Positions 41,809 to 51,668 of a DNA stretch of 64,000 nucleotides are shown here, piece after piece. Numbering within the stretch: position 1 is the first letter of the stretch; the number at the start of each line of letters is the position of its first letter. Source of the DNA: Dehalococcoidia bacterium (GTDB lineage Bacteria > Chloroflexota > Dehalococcoidia > UBA2979); assembly GCA_965262725.1 (NCBI GenBank), contig OZ253555.1:256001-320000 (forward strand), read 5' to 3'. The position numbers were made by a program, and so were the translations under genes. Under the pieces are notes generated by a model, which saw nothing but the letters and a program-made list of their open reading frames with translations, did no database searches and was not told the origin of the DNA.

Positions 41809-43714
41809 GACGCTGGTGCCAAACTCGAGTCACGGCGGCCGCAGTCGGTGTGAGAGGGAAGTGTAGCGTCGGGTGGGCGCGGGTCGGGAGTTGCGCCGCT
41901 GGGGAGTGAGCGGGGCCGGCATCGACCCGGGGACCCCCGGACGCAGGCTCTCCCGCAGTCGCCCCCGCCTCCGTCTCCCCTACGAGGGCGCTGTGACCGC
42001 CCACCGGGTTGGTGTGTGATGCAGGCCCAGGACCGCCAACCGCGCCAGGTTGACGGAGGCGGCGAGCAGATTGTGGTCGGCGTCGACCTTGAGACGGCCC
42101 CGGACACGGGCGACGCGGCCCCCGTGTCTGCGACGGGTCGTATGCGCCACCTTGCGTTCGACTCGCGAGCGGACCGCGCGGTAGCCGGATAGCCACCCGG
42201 GAGTCTCCTGGCGTGCCCGGGCGGCCGCGAGACTGGCCTCGTGGACGCCCACCGCGACGGTGCGTCCCCCGCGCGATGTGGTGCACTGCGCGCGAAGCGG
42301 ACAGGGGCTGCAGGCGCCCCGGAAGCAGGCGGTTCCCGAGCCGTCGGAGGCGCGGCGAATCGGCACCGTCACCTCCGCGGGGCAGGTCACGGTGCCCCTC
42401 TCCAGGTCGATGGTGAATCGCTCCTTGCTGAAGTGCTGATGCGGCGCGGTCGCTCTCTGAGTGCGGCAGCGGGACTCGACCCCGTGCTGCTCCAGCACCT
42501 CCTGGAACGCGCCCGAGCCGTAGGCCGAATCGCCGTAGACCGTCGGTGTCCCGGTGCTCGCCTCCGCAGCCGCGTCGGCGGCTAAGTCGTGTGCCCCTGC
42601 GTCCTCCAGCAGGTCCGTGATCAACTCCTCCGCAACCTCCCCGTCCGCCACGTTGCCCGCGGTCACCGTCGTGTGGGTGATGAGCTCCGACTCCGGGTCG
42701 ACCGCCAGATGGCCCTTGTAGCCGTCGAAGCCGTGCGCGGAGCTCTTGCGTCCGTGGCGGGCGTCGGTGTCCACGGTCGAGATGATGCGGTCCCTCGCTA
42801 CCCGCCGCGCAATCACGAAGCGCCCGCCGTCGTCCTGCTCGAGGTCCTGCCCCACCACGGCCGCACAGAGCTCGCCCGCCCGCTCGACGTGCCCGTCGAG
42901 CTCCCGGCCCTCCAGCACCCGCAGGCAGCGCGATACATCGGCCGCCAGCTCGTCGATGAGCGCCCGCGCGGCCTCGCGGTCCTCCCAGTCGCACGGAGGC
43001 TTCCCAGCGGCCCGGTAGTCGTCATCGCGCTCCAGCACCGCCCGCAGCTCGGCCCCGAGTCCGGGCGCATCGAGGCTCTCCGCCTCCCGCAGCAGCCCGC
43101 GGAGCGACGAGCGGAGCAACGTCACCGTGTCCTGCGTGGCGACGGCGTCGTAGAGCGGCGTGGAGTCCAGCACACGCTGAGCAGAGAGCAGCTTCGCCTC
43201 GCGCGCCACCGCGAGCGTGGCCTCGAAGATGCGCCGGGGACGCTCGGAGCCGGCGAGGCGAGCGCGCATCGAGACCAGGACCGTGTGCACGAAGCCCGGC
43301 GCGTCGTAGTCGAGTCCGCCGCAGGCGAACTTCCAGCGGGCGTCCCACTCGAAGGCCGCCACCGCCTCGCGGTCGGAGAGGCCGTGGAGTCGCTGCAGCA
43401 CCATGACCGTGGCGACGACGCGGGACGGAACGCTGCGGCGGCCGCGAGCGGCGAAGAGGTCGGCGAACATCTCGTCGGGGAAGAGGCGTTCACCCTCGCG
43501 GGCCAGGAGGGTCCAGATCGAGTTCCCGGGAACCCTCTCAGCGACGTAGGCGGTGCTCTTGAAGAGGTGGGGCTGCCTGGAGGTCTCTCCGAGTGTCATG
43601 GGCGCGCCTTCCGCTGCGAACGGAACTGATCACCCACATGATCGCATCCCGTGACTCAGCTCGCAACGCGACCCCGCCTCCAGCGGCACCCACCGTCCAA
43701 AAAACACCAGCCTC
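41809..43714 (-). mobile_element. IS1182/IS5-like element
   Basis: IRs gacgctggtg / gaggctggtg; CTAG at 41805-41808 and 43715-43718. Confidence 0.8.
41980..43599 (-). CDS. IS1182-like transposase
   Basis: GLSDREA, VLDSTPL, DGYKGH, GDSAYG, zinc-ribbon CxxCPLRxQC and RSRVERK motifs. Confidence 0.85.
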   Translation of the reverse strand: MTLGETSRQPHLFKSTAYVAERVPGNSIWTLLAREGERLFPDEMFADLFAARGRRSVPSRVVATVMVLQRLHGLSDREAVAAFEWDARWKFACGGLDYDAPGFVHTVLVSMRARLAGSERPRRIFEATLAVAREAKLLSAQRVLDSTPLYDAVATQDTVTLLRSSLRGLLREAESLDAPGLGAELRAVLERDDDYRAAGKPPCDWEDREAARALIDELAADVSRCLRVLEGRELDGHVERAGELCAAVVGQDLEQDDGGRFVIARRVARDRIISTVDTDARHGRKSSAHGFDGYKGHLAVDPESELITHTTVTAGNVADGEVAEELITDLLEDAGAHDLAADAAAEASTGTPTVYGDSAYGSGAFQEVLEQHGVESRCRTQRATAPHQHFSKERFTIDLERGTVTCPAEVTVPIRRASDGSGTACFRGACSPCPLRAQCTTSRGGRTVAVGVHEASLAAARARQETPGWLSGYRAVRSRVERKVAHTTRRRHGGRVARVRGRLKVDADHNLLAASVNLARLAVLGLHHTPTRWAVTAPS

Positions 43715-43934
43715 CTAGGGCCCGCTCACATTGGCTGCCGGGCATCGTGGACCCGACGGTAGCCCGGTCGCGCGCCGGTTGGCGGGTCTCACCTCCCTCA
43801 TGGGCACTTTCCATCAGCAAGGCTGGCTGGCCCCGCCGGGCTCCCAGGTGGAGGAGCCGGGCGAGAGCGCGAGGCGACAAGGGGGACCGCAGGCGATCGG
43901 GCGCTTCGTGAAGTGTGGCCCGCGGCGCGGCGCG

Positions 43935-44249
43935 CTACCCGGCCGCGCGCGCCAGCGCCCGCTCGACCCACTCGCGCTCGGGCAACCCGCGCAGTCCCGC
44001 CGCCGTGGCGTAGACCCGGCAGCGGGGCGTGCAGTCGGCGCATACCTCCCAGCCCGGCTCCACGTCGAGACCGTCGACGCGGATCGTCGGCGAGCCGGGG
44101 AAGCAGAGCAGCCGCCCCGTCGGCTCGTCCTCGACGGCGATCTCCTCGACCTGAGGCGAGAGGCCCAGCGCGCAGGCGACGTCGGCGATGAGCGTGCGGG
44201 CCGAGCGGTAGTGCGGACACCCGGTGGACCAGAGAAGCTCCACCCGCAC
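43935..44249 (-). CDS. Small thioredoxin-like protein
   Basis: VELLWSTGCPHY...FPGSPTIRVDGLDV...CRVY. Confidence 0.7.
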   Translation of the reverse strand: MRVELLWSTGCPHYRSARTLIADVACALGLSPQVEEIAVEDEPTGRLLCFPGSPTIRVDGLDVEPGWEVCADCTPRCRVYATAAGLRGLPEREWVERALARAAG

Positions 44250-44314
44250 CCTGCGCCTCCGTCCCCGCTCCTTCAGATTACCTCCCGCTGCTCTCCCCAG
44301 ACAGCGCCGGCGGA

Positions 44315-44878
44315 TCAGGACCGGTGCGCCCAGCCCGGCCCGGCGACGCGCTCGAGGTCGCCCGGCGCCGCGGGCGCAAGCGCCTGAAGAAGCTCGGCGA
44401 CCGAACGCCCGAGCAGCGGGTGGCGCTCGGTCGCGGCGATCTCGGCGAGCGGAGCGAGCACGAATCCGCGCTCGTGCAGCCGGGGATGGGGCACGACGAG
44501 CGCGGGGCACGCGACGACCTCTCCCTCGATCAGGAGGATGTCGACGTCGAGCGGGCGCGCCGCGTTGCGCGGGGCGTCGAGATCGCGCCCGGCCGCCGTC
44601 TCGATGCGCTTCGCCGCCGCCAGGAGCTCGGCCGGCCGCAGCGCCGTCTCACCACTCACGACGGCGTTGAGGTAGCGGGGCGGGGCGGAGAGTCCGGCGG
44701 GGGGCTCTCCCCACGGCGCCGTCTCGTAGAGCGACGAGACGCTGTCGACATCGACGCCGCGTACGCGCAGCTCCCCGATGGCCCCGGCCAGCTGCGAGGC
44801 GCGATCGCCGAGGTTCGCCCCCAGGCCGAGCCAGACCCGGCGCCTCGGGGATCCCCCGTCCCGGCGGCCGCCCTTCAT
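44315..44878 (-). CDS. folK: 6-hydroxymethyl-7,8-dihydropterin pyrophosphokinase
   Basis: LGLGANLGD, SSLYETAPWG, RPLDVDIL and PHPRLHERGFVL motifs. Confidence 0.93.
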   Translation of the reverse strand: MKGGRRDGGSPRRRVWLGLGANLGDRASQLAGAIGELRVRGVDVDSVSSLYETAPWGEPPAGLSAPPRYLNAVVSGETALRPAELLAAAKRIETAAGRDLDAPRNAARPLDVDILLIEGEVVACPALVVPHPRLHERGFVLAPLAEIAATERHPLLGRSVAELLQALAPAAPGDLERVAGPGWAHRS

Positions 44879-45777
44879 CCCGCCGGCGGCGACGCGCGGT
44901 GAGGGGAGGGCGCACCCGGCGGCCAGCCGCGAACGACCGCGTCGGCGACGCGGGCGACCCGCGCCATCTCCTCCACGTCGTGCACGCGCACGAGGTCGGC
45001 GCCGCTCGCCACGGCGAGCGCGACGGTCGCCGCCGTGCCCCAGAGGCGGCGCCCGGGATCCGGCTCATCGAGCACGAGCCCGATCGTCGACTTGCGCGAG
45101 GTGCCGATGAGGAGCGGCCGGCCGAGCGGCCGCAGCTCCCCGAGCCTGACCAGGATCTCGAGGCTCTCCCGAGGCTCCCAGCCGAAGCCGAAACCCGGGT
45201 CGAGCACGAGCCGCTCCTCGGCCACGCCGGCGGCGCGCGCGGCGCGGAGCGACTCCTCAAGACCCGCCCGCGCGTCGGCCACGGGATCGCCCGAGCTGCG
45301 CCGGAAGCGCTGGTTGTGCATCAGGATCGCGGGCACGCCGGCGGCGGCCAGAAGCGGCGCGAGGGCGGGATCTCCCAGGAGCCCGCGCACGTCGTTGACC
45401 GCGTCGGCACCGGCGTCGACGGCGCGCCGGGCCACCTCCGCCTTCGAGGTGTCGACCGAGATCGGCGCGTCGATGCGGGCGCGCACGGCCGCAAGCACCG
45501 GGCCGAGGCGGCGCCACTCCTCGTCGGCGTCGACGAGGGCGGCGCCGGGCCGCGTCGACTCGGAGCCGATATCCACCAGATCGGCTCCTGAGCCCACGAA
45601 ATGCTCCGCGCGCTCCGCCGCGGCGCCCGGGTCGAGCTCGCCGTCCCCCGAGAAGGAGTCGGGCGTCGCGTTGAGCACCGCCACCAGGTAGGTACGCGCC
45701 CCCCACTCGAAGCTCCTGCCGCCGATCGTGATCGCGGCGGGAGTGCCACAGACGCCGGCTGCGGGAACGTTGCTCAC
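44875..45777 (-). CDS. folP: Dihydropteroate synthase
   Basis: LNATPDSFS, ESTRPG, DPGFGF, GTSRKS and VRVHDV motifs. Confidence 0.93.
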   Translation of the reverse strand: MSNVPAAGVCGTPAAITIGGRSFEWGARTYLVAVLNATPDSFSGDGELDPGAAAERAEHFVGSGADLVDIGSESTRPGAALVDADEEWRRLGPVLAAVRARIDAPISVDTSKAEVARRAVDAGADAVNDVRGLLGDPALAPLLAAAGVPAILMHNQRFRRSSGDPVADARAGLEESLRAARAAGVAEERLVLDPGFGFGWEPRESLEILVRLGELRPLGRPLLIGTSRKSTIGLVLDEPDPGRRLWGTAATVALAVASGADLVRVHDVEEMARVARVADAVVRGWPPGAPSPHRASPPAG

Positions 45778-46229
45778 TCGGGCCCGTCCACGATCTCGAG
45801 GGGCTCCTCCACGACGTCGCCGCCCCGGAGGATGTGGAAGGCGCGCACGGGAGGCGGCTCCTGCGCGAGGGAGACTAGGAGGTACCAGGTCCCCGGGTAC
45901 ATCGGCTCGGAGTCGACGGCGCCGGGAGGGAAGAAGGCCATCCGCACGTCGGTCGGCGAGGGACGCCCCTCGGTTGCCACGTGCGAGTGGTAGATCGCGA
46001 AGAGCCGCTCCCCCCGCCGCTCGCGGCTCTCCTCGAGCCGCATCTGCTCGAGGCCGTCCATCTCGTAGCGGTACGGGCTCGCCGCGACGTTGCGCACGCG
46101 GTGCAGCTCGAACTCCCCGTCGGGGGCCCGGTGAATAAGGCCGCACGCCTCGTTCGGAAGCTCGTCGCGCGCGTGCGCGACGAGGGCGTCGGCGAGGTCG
46201 CGCGGTATCTCCGGCACCCCTACGTCCAC
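45774..46229 (-). CDS. JAB/M67 metallopeptidase (Mec-like)
   Basis: NEACGL and YHSH...PSPTD JAMM motif. Confidence 0.88.
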   Translation of the reverse strand: MDVGVPEIPRDLADALVAHARDELPNEACGLIHRAPDGEFELHRVRNVAASPYRYEMDGLEQMRLEESRERRGERLFAIYHSHVATEGRPSPTDVRMAFFPPGAVDSEPMYPGTWYLLVSLAQEPPPVRAFHILRGGDVVEEPLEIVDGPE

Positions 46230-46624
46230 TCCCCGGGCTCGCCGTCGTCGATGCACGCCTGGGGGGTCATGCGCATCTGCAGGTAGCTCGCGCTCGCCGG
46301 GCCGGGCTCGAGGTGCTCCACCCAGTGGTCCCACTCCTCCTCCGGCAGCCGCTCGAGGAGATCGGCGACCGGGAGGTGAACGAGCGACCGGCCGTCGGGC
46401 CCCGACGCGAGCCCCATGTCCAGGGACCAGCGGCCGGGGAGCGCGATGCGGCCCACGGTGCGCGTGCGCAGCAGCGTCGCCCCCGGCCGCGTCCGGTAGC
46501 GGTCGATCACCGAGGCGTCGAAGCGCAGGTGCAGCCGCGCGGCATCACGCGCGGCGAGCGCACGACGGAGCACCGCCCGCTCGAGCGGGACCGAGGAGTC
46601 CTCCCGGCGGGCGGGCCCCGTCAC
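46220..46624 (-). CDS. Hypothetical protein
   Basis: 134-aa ORF tightly packed within the operon. Confidence 0.65.
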   Translation of the reverse strand: MTGPARREDSSVPLERAVLRRALAARDAARLHLRFDASVIDRYRTRPGATLLRTRTVGRIALPGRWSLDMGLASGPDGRSLVHLPVADLLERLPEEEWDHWVEHLEPGPASASYLQMRMTPQACIDDGEPGEWT

Positions 46625-46627
46625 GAA

Positions 46628-47449
46628 CTAGCGCTCGATCGGGACGTCGATGAGCGAGCCGTACTCCGTCCACGAACCGTCGTAGTTGCGCACGTCGGGG
46701 TACCCGAGCAGGTGCTTGAGCGCGAACCAGGTGTGCGAGGAGCGCTCGCCGATGCGGCAGTAGACGATCGTCGAGTCGCCGTGGCTCACGCCGGCGCCCC
46801 CGTAGAGCGCCCGGAGCTCGTCCTGGGAGCGGAAGGTGCCGTCCTCGTTGACGGCCCGCGCCCACGGGATGCTCCACGCGCCGGGGATGTGGCCGCCGCG
46901 CTGCGCCGTCTCCGACATGCCGGGCGGGGCGATGATCTCGCCCGAGAACTCGGCGGGGCTCCGCACGTCGACGAGCTGCGTGCCCGCGGCGACGGCGGAG
47001 AGCACGTCGTCCCGCTTCGCCCGCAGCGCCGGCTTCGCCTCCTGCGCGCTGTAGCTCGCCGGGGCCACCTCCGGCACGTCGGTCGTCGTGGGCCGCTCCT
47101 CCGCGAGCCACTTCACGCGCCCGCCGTCCATCAGCGAGACGTTGTCGTGGCCGTAGAGCTCCAGCTGCCAGAGCGCGTAGGCGGCGAACCAGTTGTTGTT
47201 GTCGCCGTAGAGCACGACGTGCGTGTCGTTCCCGATGCCGGATGCGCCGAGCAGCTCCTCGAGAGCCTCCCGGGAGAGGATGTCCCGGCGCGTCGAGTCC
47301 TGGAGCTGCGTCGTCCAGTTCCAGGCGACGGCCCCCGCGATGTGCCCTCCCGCGTAGGCCTCGGTGTCGACGTCCACCTCCACCAGCCGGACGCCCGCGT
47401 CGGCGCCATGCTCCACCACCCAGTCGCTGGTCACCAGCTTCTCAACCAT
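46628..47449 (-). CDS. Tandem-rhodanese sulfurtransferase (SseA/CysA-like)
   Basis: GHIAGAV, YCRIGERS and NYDGSWTEYG motifs. Confidence 0.9.
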   Translation of the reverse strand: MVEKLVTSDWVVEHGADAGVRLVEVDVDTEAYAGGHIAGAVAWNWTTQLQDSTRRDILSREALEELLGASGIGNDTHVVLYGDNNNWFAAYALWQLELYGHDNVSLMDGGRVKWLAEERPTTTDVPEVAPASYSAQEAKPALRAKRDDVLSAVAAGTQLVDVRSPAEFSGEIIAPPGMSETAQRGGHIPGAWSIPWARAVNEDGTFRSQDELRALYGGAGVSHGDSTIVYCRIGERSSHTWFALKHLLGYPDVRNYDGSWTEYGSLIDVPIER

Positions 47450-47505
47450 GATCTTTCCTCCTGCACTCCGCGGCCGCGGCGCCCCTGCGGGCGCGGTGCC
47501 GCGGT

Positions 47506-48441
47506 CTACCACCACATCTTTTCCCGGATGTCCTCCTCGATCTCCGCGTACTCCTTCGACCAGAGGCCGGTCGAGAGATACTTCCACCCGCCGTCGGCGA
47601 GCAGGCAGACGATTTCCCCGCTCTCCATCCGCTCCGCCAGCCGCTGGGCGGCGCGGATCACCGCGCCCGCGGAGATGCCGGCGAAGACGCCGCAGCGCTC
47701 CATCAGCTCCTTGGTGAGGCGGAAGGAGGTGCGCGAGTCGACGACGATGCGGCCGTCGAGGACGGAGTCGTCGAAGACCGGCGGGATGTAGCCCTCCTCC
47801 AGGCTGCGCAGGCCCTGCACGAGGTCGCCGGGGTGCGGCGCCGCCGCCACCACCTGGATCCGGGGGTCGTGCTCCTTCAGCCGGCGGCCGACGCCGGTCA
47901 GGGTCCCCCCGGTGCCCAGCCCCGCGACGAAGGCGTCGATGCCCGGAAGATCCCGCAGGATCTCGGGCGCGGTCGTCTCGTAGTGCGCGCGCGGGTTCTC
48001 GGGATTCTCGTACTGGAACGGCATGAACCAGTCGGGGTGGGCCGCGCCGACCTCGCGGGCGCGCTCGACGGAGCCGTTCGTGCCCAGCTCCCCCGGCGAG
48101 TAGAGAACCTCGGCGCCGAAGGCTTCGATCAGGCGGACGCGCTCGATGCTCACCGCGTCGGGCATCACGACCTTGACCGGGTAGCCGCGCAGCCGGCCTA
48201 TCAGGGCGAGCGCGATGCCGGTGTTGCCGGAGGTCGGCTCGAGGATGGTCTGCCCCGGCCGGAGGCGGCCGTCCCGCTCGGCGGCGCTCACCATGTAGGC
48301 CGCGATGCGGTCCTTCACCGAGCCCGTGGGGTTCTGCCCCTCGAGCTTGGCGTAGATGCGCACGCCCGGGCTCGGCGAGAGCTCGCTGATCTCGACGAGG
48401 GGGGTCTCGCCGACGAGGTCGAGCACGCCGCTGTAGAGCAT
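47506..48441 (-). CDS. cysM: CysM-like PLP cysteine synthase (sulfur-carrier dependent type)
   Basis: NPTGSVKDR, TSGNTG, GLGTGGT, ADGGWKYLSTG and a C-terminal WW; adjacent to a sulfur carrier gene. Confidence 0.8.
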   Translation of the reverse strand: MLYSGVLDLVGETPLVEISELSPSPGVRIYAKLEGQNPTGSVKDRIAAYMVSAAERDGRLRPGQTILEPTSGNTGIALALIGRLRGYPVKVVMPDAVSIERVRLIEAFGAEVLYSPGELGTNGSVERAREVGAAHPDWFMPFQYENPENPRAHYETTAPEILRDLPGIDAFVAGLGTGGTLTGVGRRLKEHDPRIQVVAAAPHPGDLVQGLRSLEEGYIPPVFDDSVLDGRIVVDSRTSFRLTKELMERCGVFAGISAGAVIRAAQRLAERMESGEIVCLLADGGWKYLSTGLWSKEYAEIEEDIREKMWW

Positions 48442-48475
48442 CGGGGGCCTCACCCTCAGAGCGGCCGGCACGCGT

Positions 48476-48754
48476 CTAGCGCCCTCCGGCGAGGGCGGGG
48501 AGGAAGGAGACAGAGTCGCCCTCCGAGAGCGCCGTCCCTGCCCCCTGCAGGTAGCGCACATCCTCGTCGTTCAGGTAGATGTTGACGAAGCGATGGAGCG
48601 CCCCGCTCTCGTCGGAGACCTGAGCGCGGAACCCCGGGTAGCGGGACTCCAGGTTCTCGATCAGCTCGGCGATGGTCGAGCCCTCGGCCTCCAGTTGCTT
48701 CTGACCGCCGACGGCCCTCTGAATCACTGATGCGACGTACACCGTCACCGCCAC
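48476..48754 (-). CDS. MoaD/ThiS/CysO-like sulfur carrier
   Basis: FVNIYLNDEDVRYL...LPALAGGR. Confidence 0.85.
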   Translation of the reverse strand: MAVTVYVASVIQRAVGGQKQLEAEGSTIAELIENLESRYPGFRAQVSDESGALHRFVNIYLNDEDVRYLQGAGTALSEGDSVSFLPALAGGR

Positions 48755-48833
48755 CTGCAGCCCCCCACCCGAATCCGGCCCGCCCGCGCCACCCGGAGGC
48801 GGGGCGAGGGGCCTCTCGTCGTCTGTCGGCGCG

Positions 48834-49757
48834 CTACGCGTGCACGCCCTCCCGGCTCTCCACGAGCACGCCGTCCACTTCCTCGGACACAACCAGGGGC
48901 GGCGTGCCGCAGAACTGGTCGTAGTCGATGAGCTCGTGGATCGACGGCTCGTCGCCGCAGAGCGGGCACGCCGGGTCGCGCCGTAGCCGCATCATGCGGA
49001 ATTCCATGGTGAGCGCATCGATCAGGAGCAGCCGGCCGACCAGAGGCTCCCCGATCCCGAGGACCTGCTTGAAGACCTCGGTCGCCTGGATCGAGCCGAC
49101 CACGCCCGTGATCGCCCCCAGCACCCCCGCCTCGGCGCAGGACGGAACGAGGCCCGGCGGCGGCGGCGCCGGGTAGAGGCAGCGGTAGCAGCCCTGCCCG
49201 GGCGTGTAGACCGTCGCCTGCCCGTCGAAGAGGAGGATCGAGCCGTCGACCAAGGTCTTCCCCGAGAGGTAGGCGGCGTCGTTCACCAGGTAGCGCGTCG
49301 CGAAGTTGTCGGCGCCGTTCACCACGATGTCGTAGGAGGGGATGATCGCAAGCGCGTTGTCCGACGTGAGCGGCTGCTCGTGCGTCTCGACGGTGATGTG
49401 CGGGTTGTAGGCGAGCAGCGACTCCTTCGCCGAGAGGATCTTCGGCCGCCCCACGTCGGCGGTCTGGTGGAGGATCTGCCGCTGGAGGTTCGAGAGGTCG
49501 ACGATGTCGAAGTCGACGAGGCCGATGCGCCCGACGCCGGCGAGCGCGAGGTAGAGAGCCACCGGCGAGCCGAGCCCGCCGGCGCCGACGACCAGCACGC
49601 TGGCGTTGCGCAGCTTGCGCTGCCCGACCGGGCCGACCTGGCCCATGATCATGTGCCGCGAGTAGCGCATCACCTCATCCGGCGTGAAGGCGCTCCCCGG
49701 GGGCGGCCCCGCCGGCGTGGCCTCCGCCCCGCCTGTCGAGATTCCGGTGTCGCTCAT
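48834..49757 (-). CDS. moeB: MoeB/ThiF-family adenylyltransferase
   Basis: RYSRH, GAGGLG, SNLQRQ, CYRCL, SCAEAGV and CPLC motifs. Confidence 0.9.
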   Translation of the reverse strand: MSDTGISTGGAEATPAGPPPGSAFTPDEVMRYSRHMIMGQVGPVGQRKLRNASVLVVGAGGLGSPVALYLALAGVGRIGLVDFDIVDLSNLQRQILHQTADVGRPKILSAKESLLAYNPHITVETHEQPLTSDNALAIIPSYDIVVNGADNFATRYLVNDAAYLSGKTLVDGSILLFDGQATVYTPGQGCYRCLYPAPPPPGLVPSCAEAGVLGAITGVVGSIQATEVFKQVLGIGEPLVGRLLLIDALTMEFRMMRLRRDPACPLCGDEPSIHELIDYDQFCGTPPLVVSEEVDGVLVESREGVHA

Positions 49758-50035
49758 CGTGCCCCTCCTGCCAGCGCGGGGATGACTGCCACGTGGTCGC
49801 CGTTTGAGAGCACGGTTTCGACCCCCGCCAGATCGTGTATCACGCGATTGTTGACGTAGATATTGATATGCGCCGGTACCCGGCGCTCGCGATCGTAGAC
49901 GAGGTGGTCGAAGCCCGGGTAGGCCGCGTCCAGCGCGTCCAGCACGTCGCGCACCGTCCCTCCCTCGACGCTCACGTACTCGCGGTTCGCGGTGAAGCGC
50001 CGAAACGGCGACGGAATGTAGACGCGGACCGGCAT
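49754..50035 (-). CDS. MoaD/ThiS-like sulfur carrier
   Basis: Beta-grasp-like sequence ending IPALAGGAR. Confidence 0.85.
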   Translation of the reverse strand: MPVRVYIPSPFRRFTANREYVSVEGGTVRDVLDALDAAYPGFDHLVYDRERRVPAHINIYVNNRVIHDLAGVETVLSNGDHVAVIPALAGGAR

Positions 50036-50045
50036 CTCAGCCTCC

Positions 50046-50981
50046 CTAGAACGCCACGCTGAGGTAGCGCTCGCCGGTGTCGCAGAGCATCGTCGCCACG
50101 CGCGCCCCGGAGCCGAGCTGCTCCGCGACGCGCGCCGCGGCCCAGACGTTCGCGCCGGCGGAGATCCCGACCAGGAGCCCCTCCTCGCGCGTCAGCCGCC
50201 TCGTCATGGAGAAGGCGTCCTCATCGGAGACTGCGATCACCTCGTCGTAGATCTCGCGGTTGAGCACGCCGGGGATGAAGGAGGCGCCGATGCCCTGGAT
50301 GGCGTGCATCCCGGCGCGGCCGCTCGCGAGCACCGGAGAGCGCGCGGGCTCGACTGCGACGATGCGCACGCGGGGGAGCGACTCCCTGAGCACCTCGCCG
50401 ACGCCGGTGATGGTGCCGCCGGTGCCCACGCCCGCCACGAAAGCGTCCAGCCGACCGCCGGTCGCCTCCAGTATCTCGGGACCGGTCGTGAGGCGATGCA
50501 CCTCCGGGTTCGCCGGATTCTCGAACTGCTGCGGCATGAAGTAGCCATGTGTCTCCGCGAGCTCACGCGCCGCGTAGACGGAGCCGGTCATCCCCTCGAT
50601 CGCCGGCGTCAGGACGATCTCCGCGCCGAAGCGCTCGAGCAGCCGGCGGCGCTCGACGCTCATGTCTTCCGGCATGGTGAGAACGAGCCGGTACCCCTTG
50701 CAGGCGCAGACCATCGCGAGCCCGATTCCGGTGTTGCCGGAGGTGGGCTCCACGAGGGTGTCTCCCGGGGTGATCTGGCCCGCGCGCTCGGCGGCCTCGA
50801 CCATCGAGAGCGCGATGCGATCCTTCACCGAGCCCGCCGGGTTCATCGACTCAAGCTTCCCCAGGATCTCGCTCCCCGGGGGCGCGACGCGGCTCAGTCG
50901 CACCAGGGGCGTCCGCCCGATCAGCGAGAGCACCCCGTCGGCGAGGACGGGCCGCGCCTGGGACTCCCGTTCCCCCCTCAT
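50046..50981 (-). CDS. cysK: Cysteine synthase A
   Basis: NPAGSVKDR, TSGNTG, HAIQGIG and DTGERYLS motifs. Confidence 0.92.
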   Translation of the reverse strand: MRGERESQARPVLADGVLSLIGRTPLVRLSRVAPPGSEILGKLESMNPAGSVKDRIALSMVEAAERAGQITPGDTLVEPTSGNTGIGLAMVCACKGYRLVLTMPEDMSVERRRLLERFGAEIVLTPAIEGMTGSVYAARELAETHGYFMPQQFENPANPEVHRLTTGPEILEATGGRLDAFVAGVGTGGTITGVGEVLRESLPRVRIVAVEPARSPVLASGRAGMHAIQGIGASFIPGVLNREIYDEVIAVSDEDAFSMTRRLTREEGLLVGISAGANVWAAARVAEQLGSGARVATMLCDTGERYLSVAF

Positions 50982-51051
50982 CGGCGCTCTCCCCCTCACC
51001 GCCGGCGGCGCGCAGGCGCGCGGTCTCCTTACCACCGGGGCGCAACCTCGC

Positions 51052-51510
51052 TCAGATGCTGTACGACGGCGCGATTCGGTCCCGGCGAGCGCTATCGCGC
51101 GCCAGGAGCTCGGCGAGCGTGACCGATGCGAGCCGGGCGCGCATCGCGTCGTATATCTCGCTCCACACCCACTGCTGTCCGCAGATCACATGCTGCTCCG
51201 AGTGCACCTCGCCGTCCTCCAGACACGCGAGGGGCGCGAGCGAGCCTTCGAGCGACTCCAGCACGTCGAGCAGACGGATCTCCGACGCCGGTTGGGCGAG
51301 CTCGTGGCCGCCGCCGGGGCCCCGGGTCGAGCGGACGAAGCCGTCACGCCTGAGCTGCGCCAGCAGGTGGTCGAGGTAGGACTCCGGGATCTGCCGGCGC
51401 GCCGCGATCCCCGTGCGCTGCACCGGCCCCTCCCCCTCGTGGAGGGCGAGCTCGATGAGGGCCCGCACGCCGTAGTCGCCCTTGGTCGAGAGCCGCACTG
51501 CCTCACCCAT
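51052..51510 (-). CDS. Rrf2-family regulator (CymR/IscR-like)
   Basis: LSTKGDYGVRAL...STRGPGGG. Confidence 0.88.
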   Translation of the reverse strand: MGEAVRLSTKGDYGVRALIELALHEGEGPVQRTGIAARRQIPESYLDHLLAQLRRDGFVRSTRGPGGGHELAQPASEIRLLDVLESLEGSLAPLACLEDGEVHSEQHVICGQQWVWSEIYDAMRARLASVTLAELLARDSARRDRIAPSYSI

Positions 51511-51668
51511 CTCCGGCGCGCGCACCGCGCCGGCGGAGGCGGCGAGCGGTGGAGCGACTGTATTGTCGACTAAGTCACTCGAGATTGTAGCATGGTACGA
51601 TCGCGGTCGGGTCGTCCCTCCGGGGCCGGGCTGACACACAGGCACGTACCGGCGCAAGGAGGTTTCTG

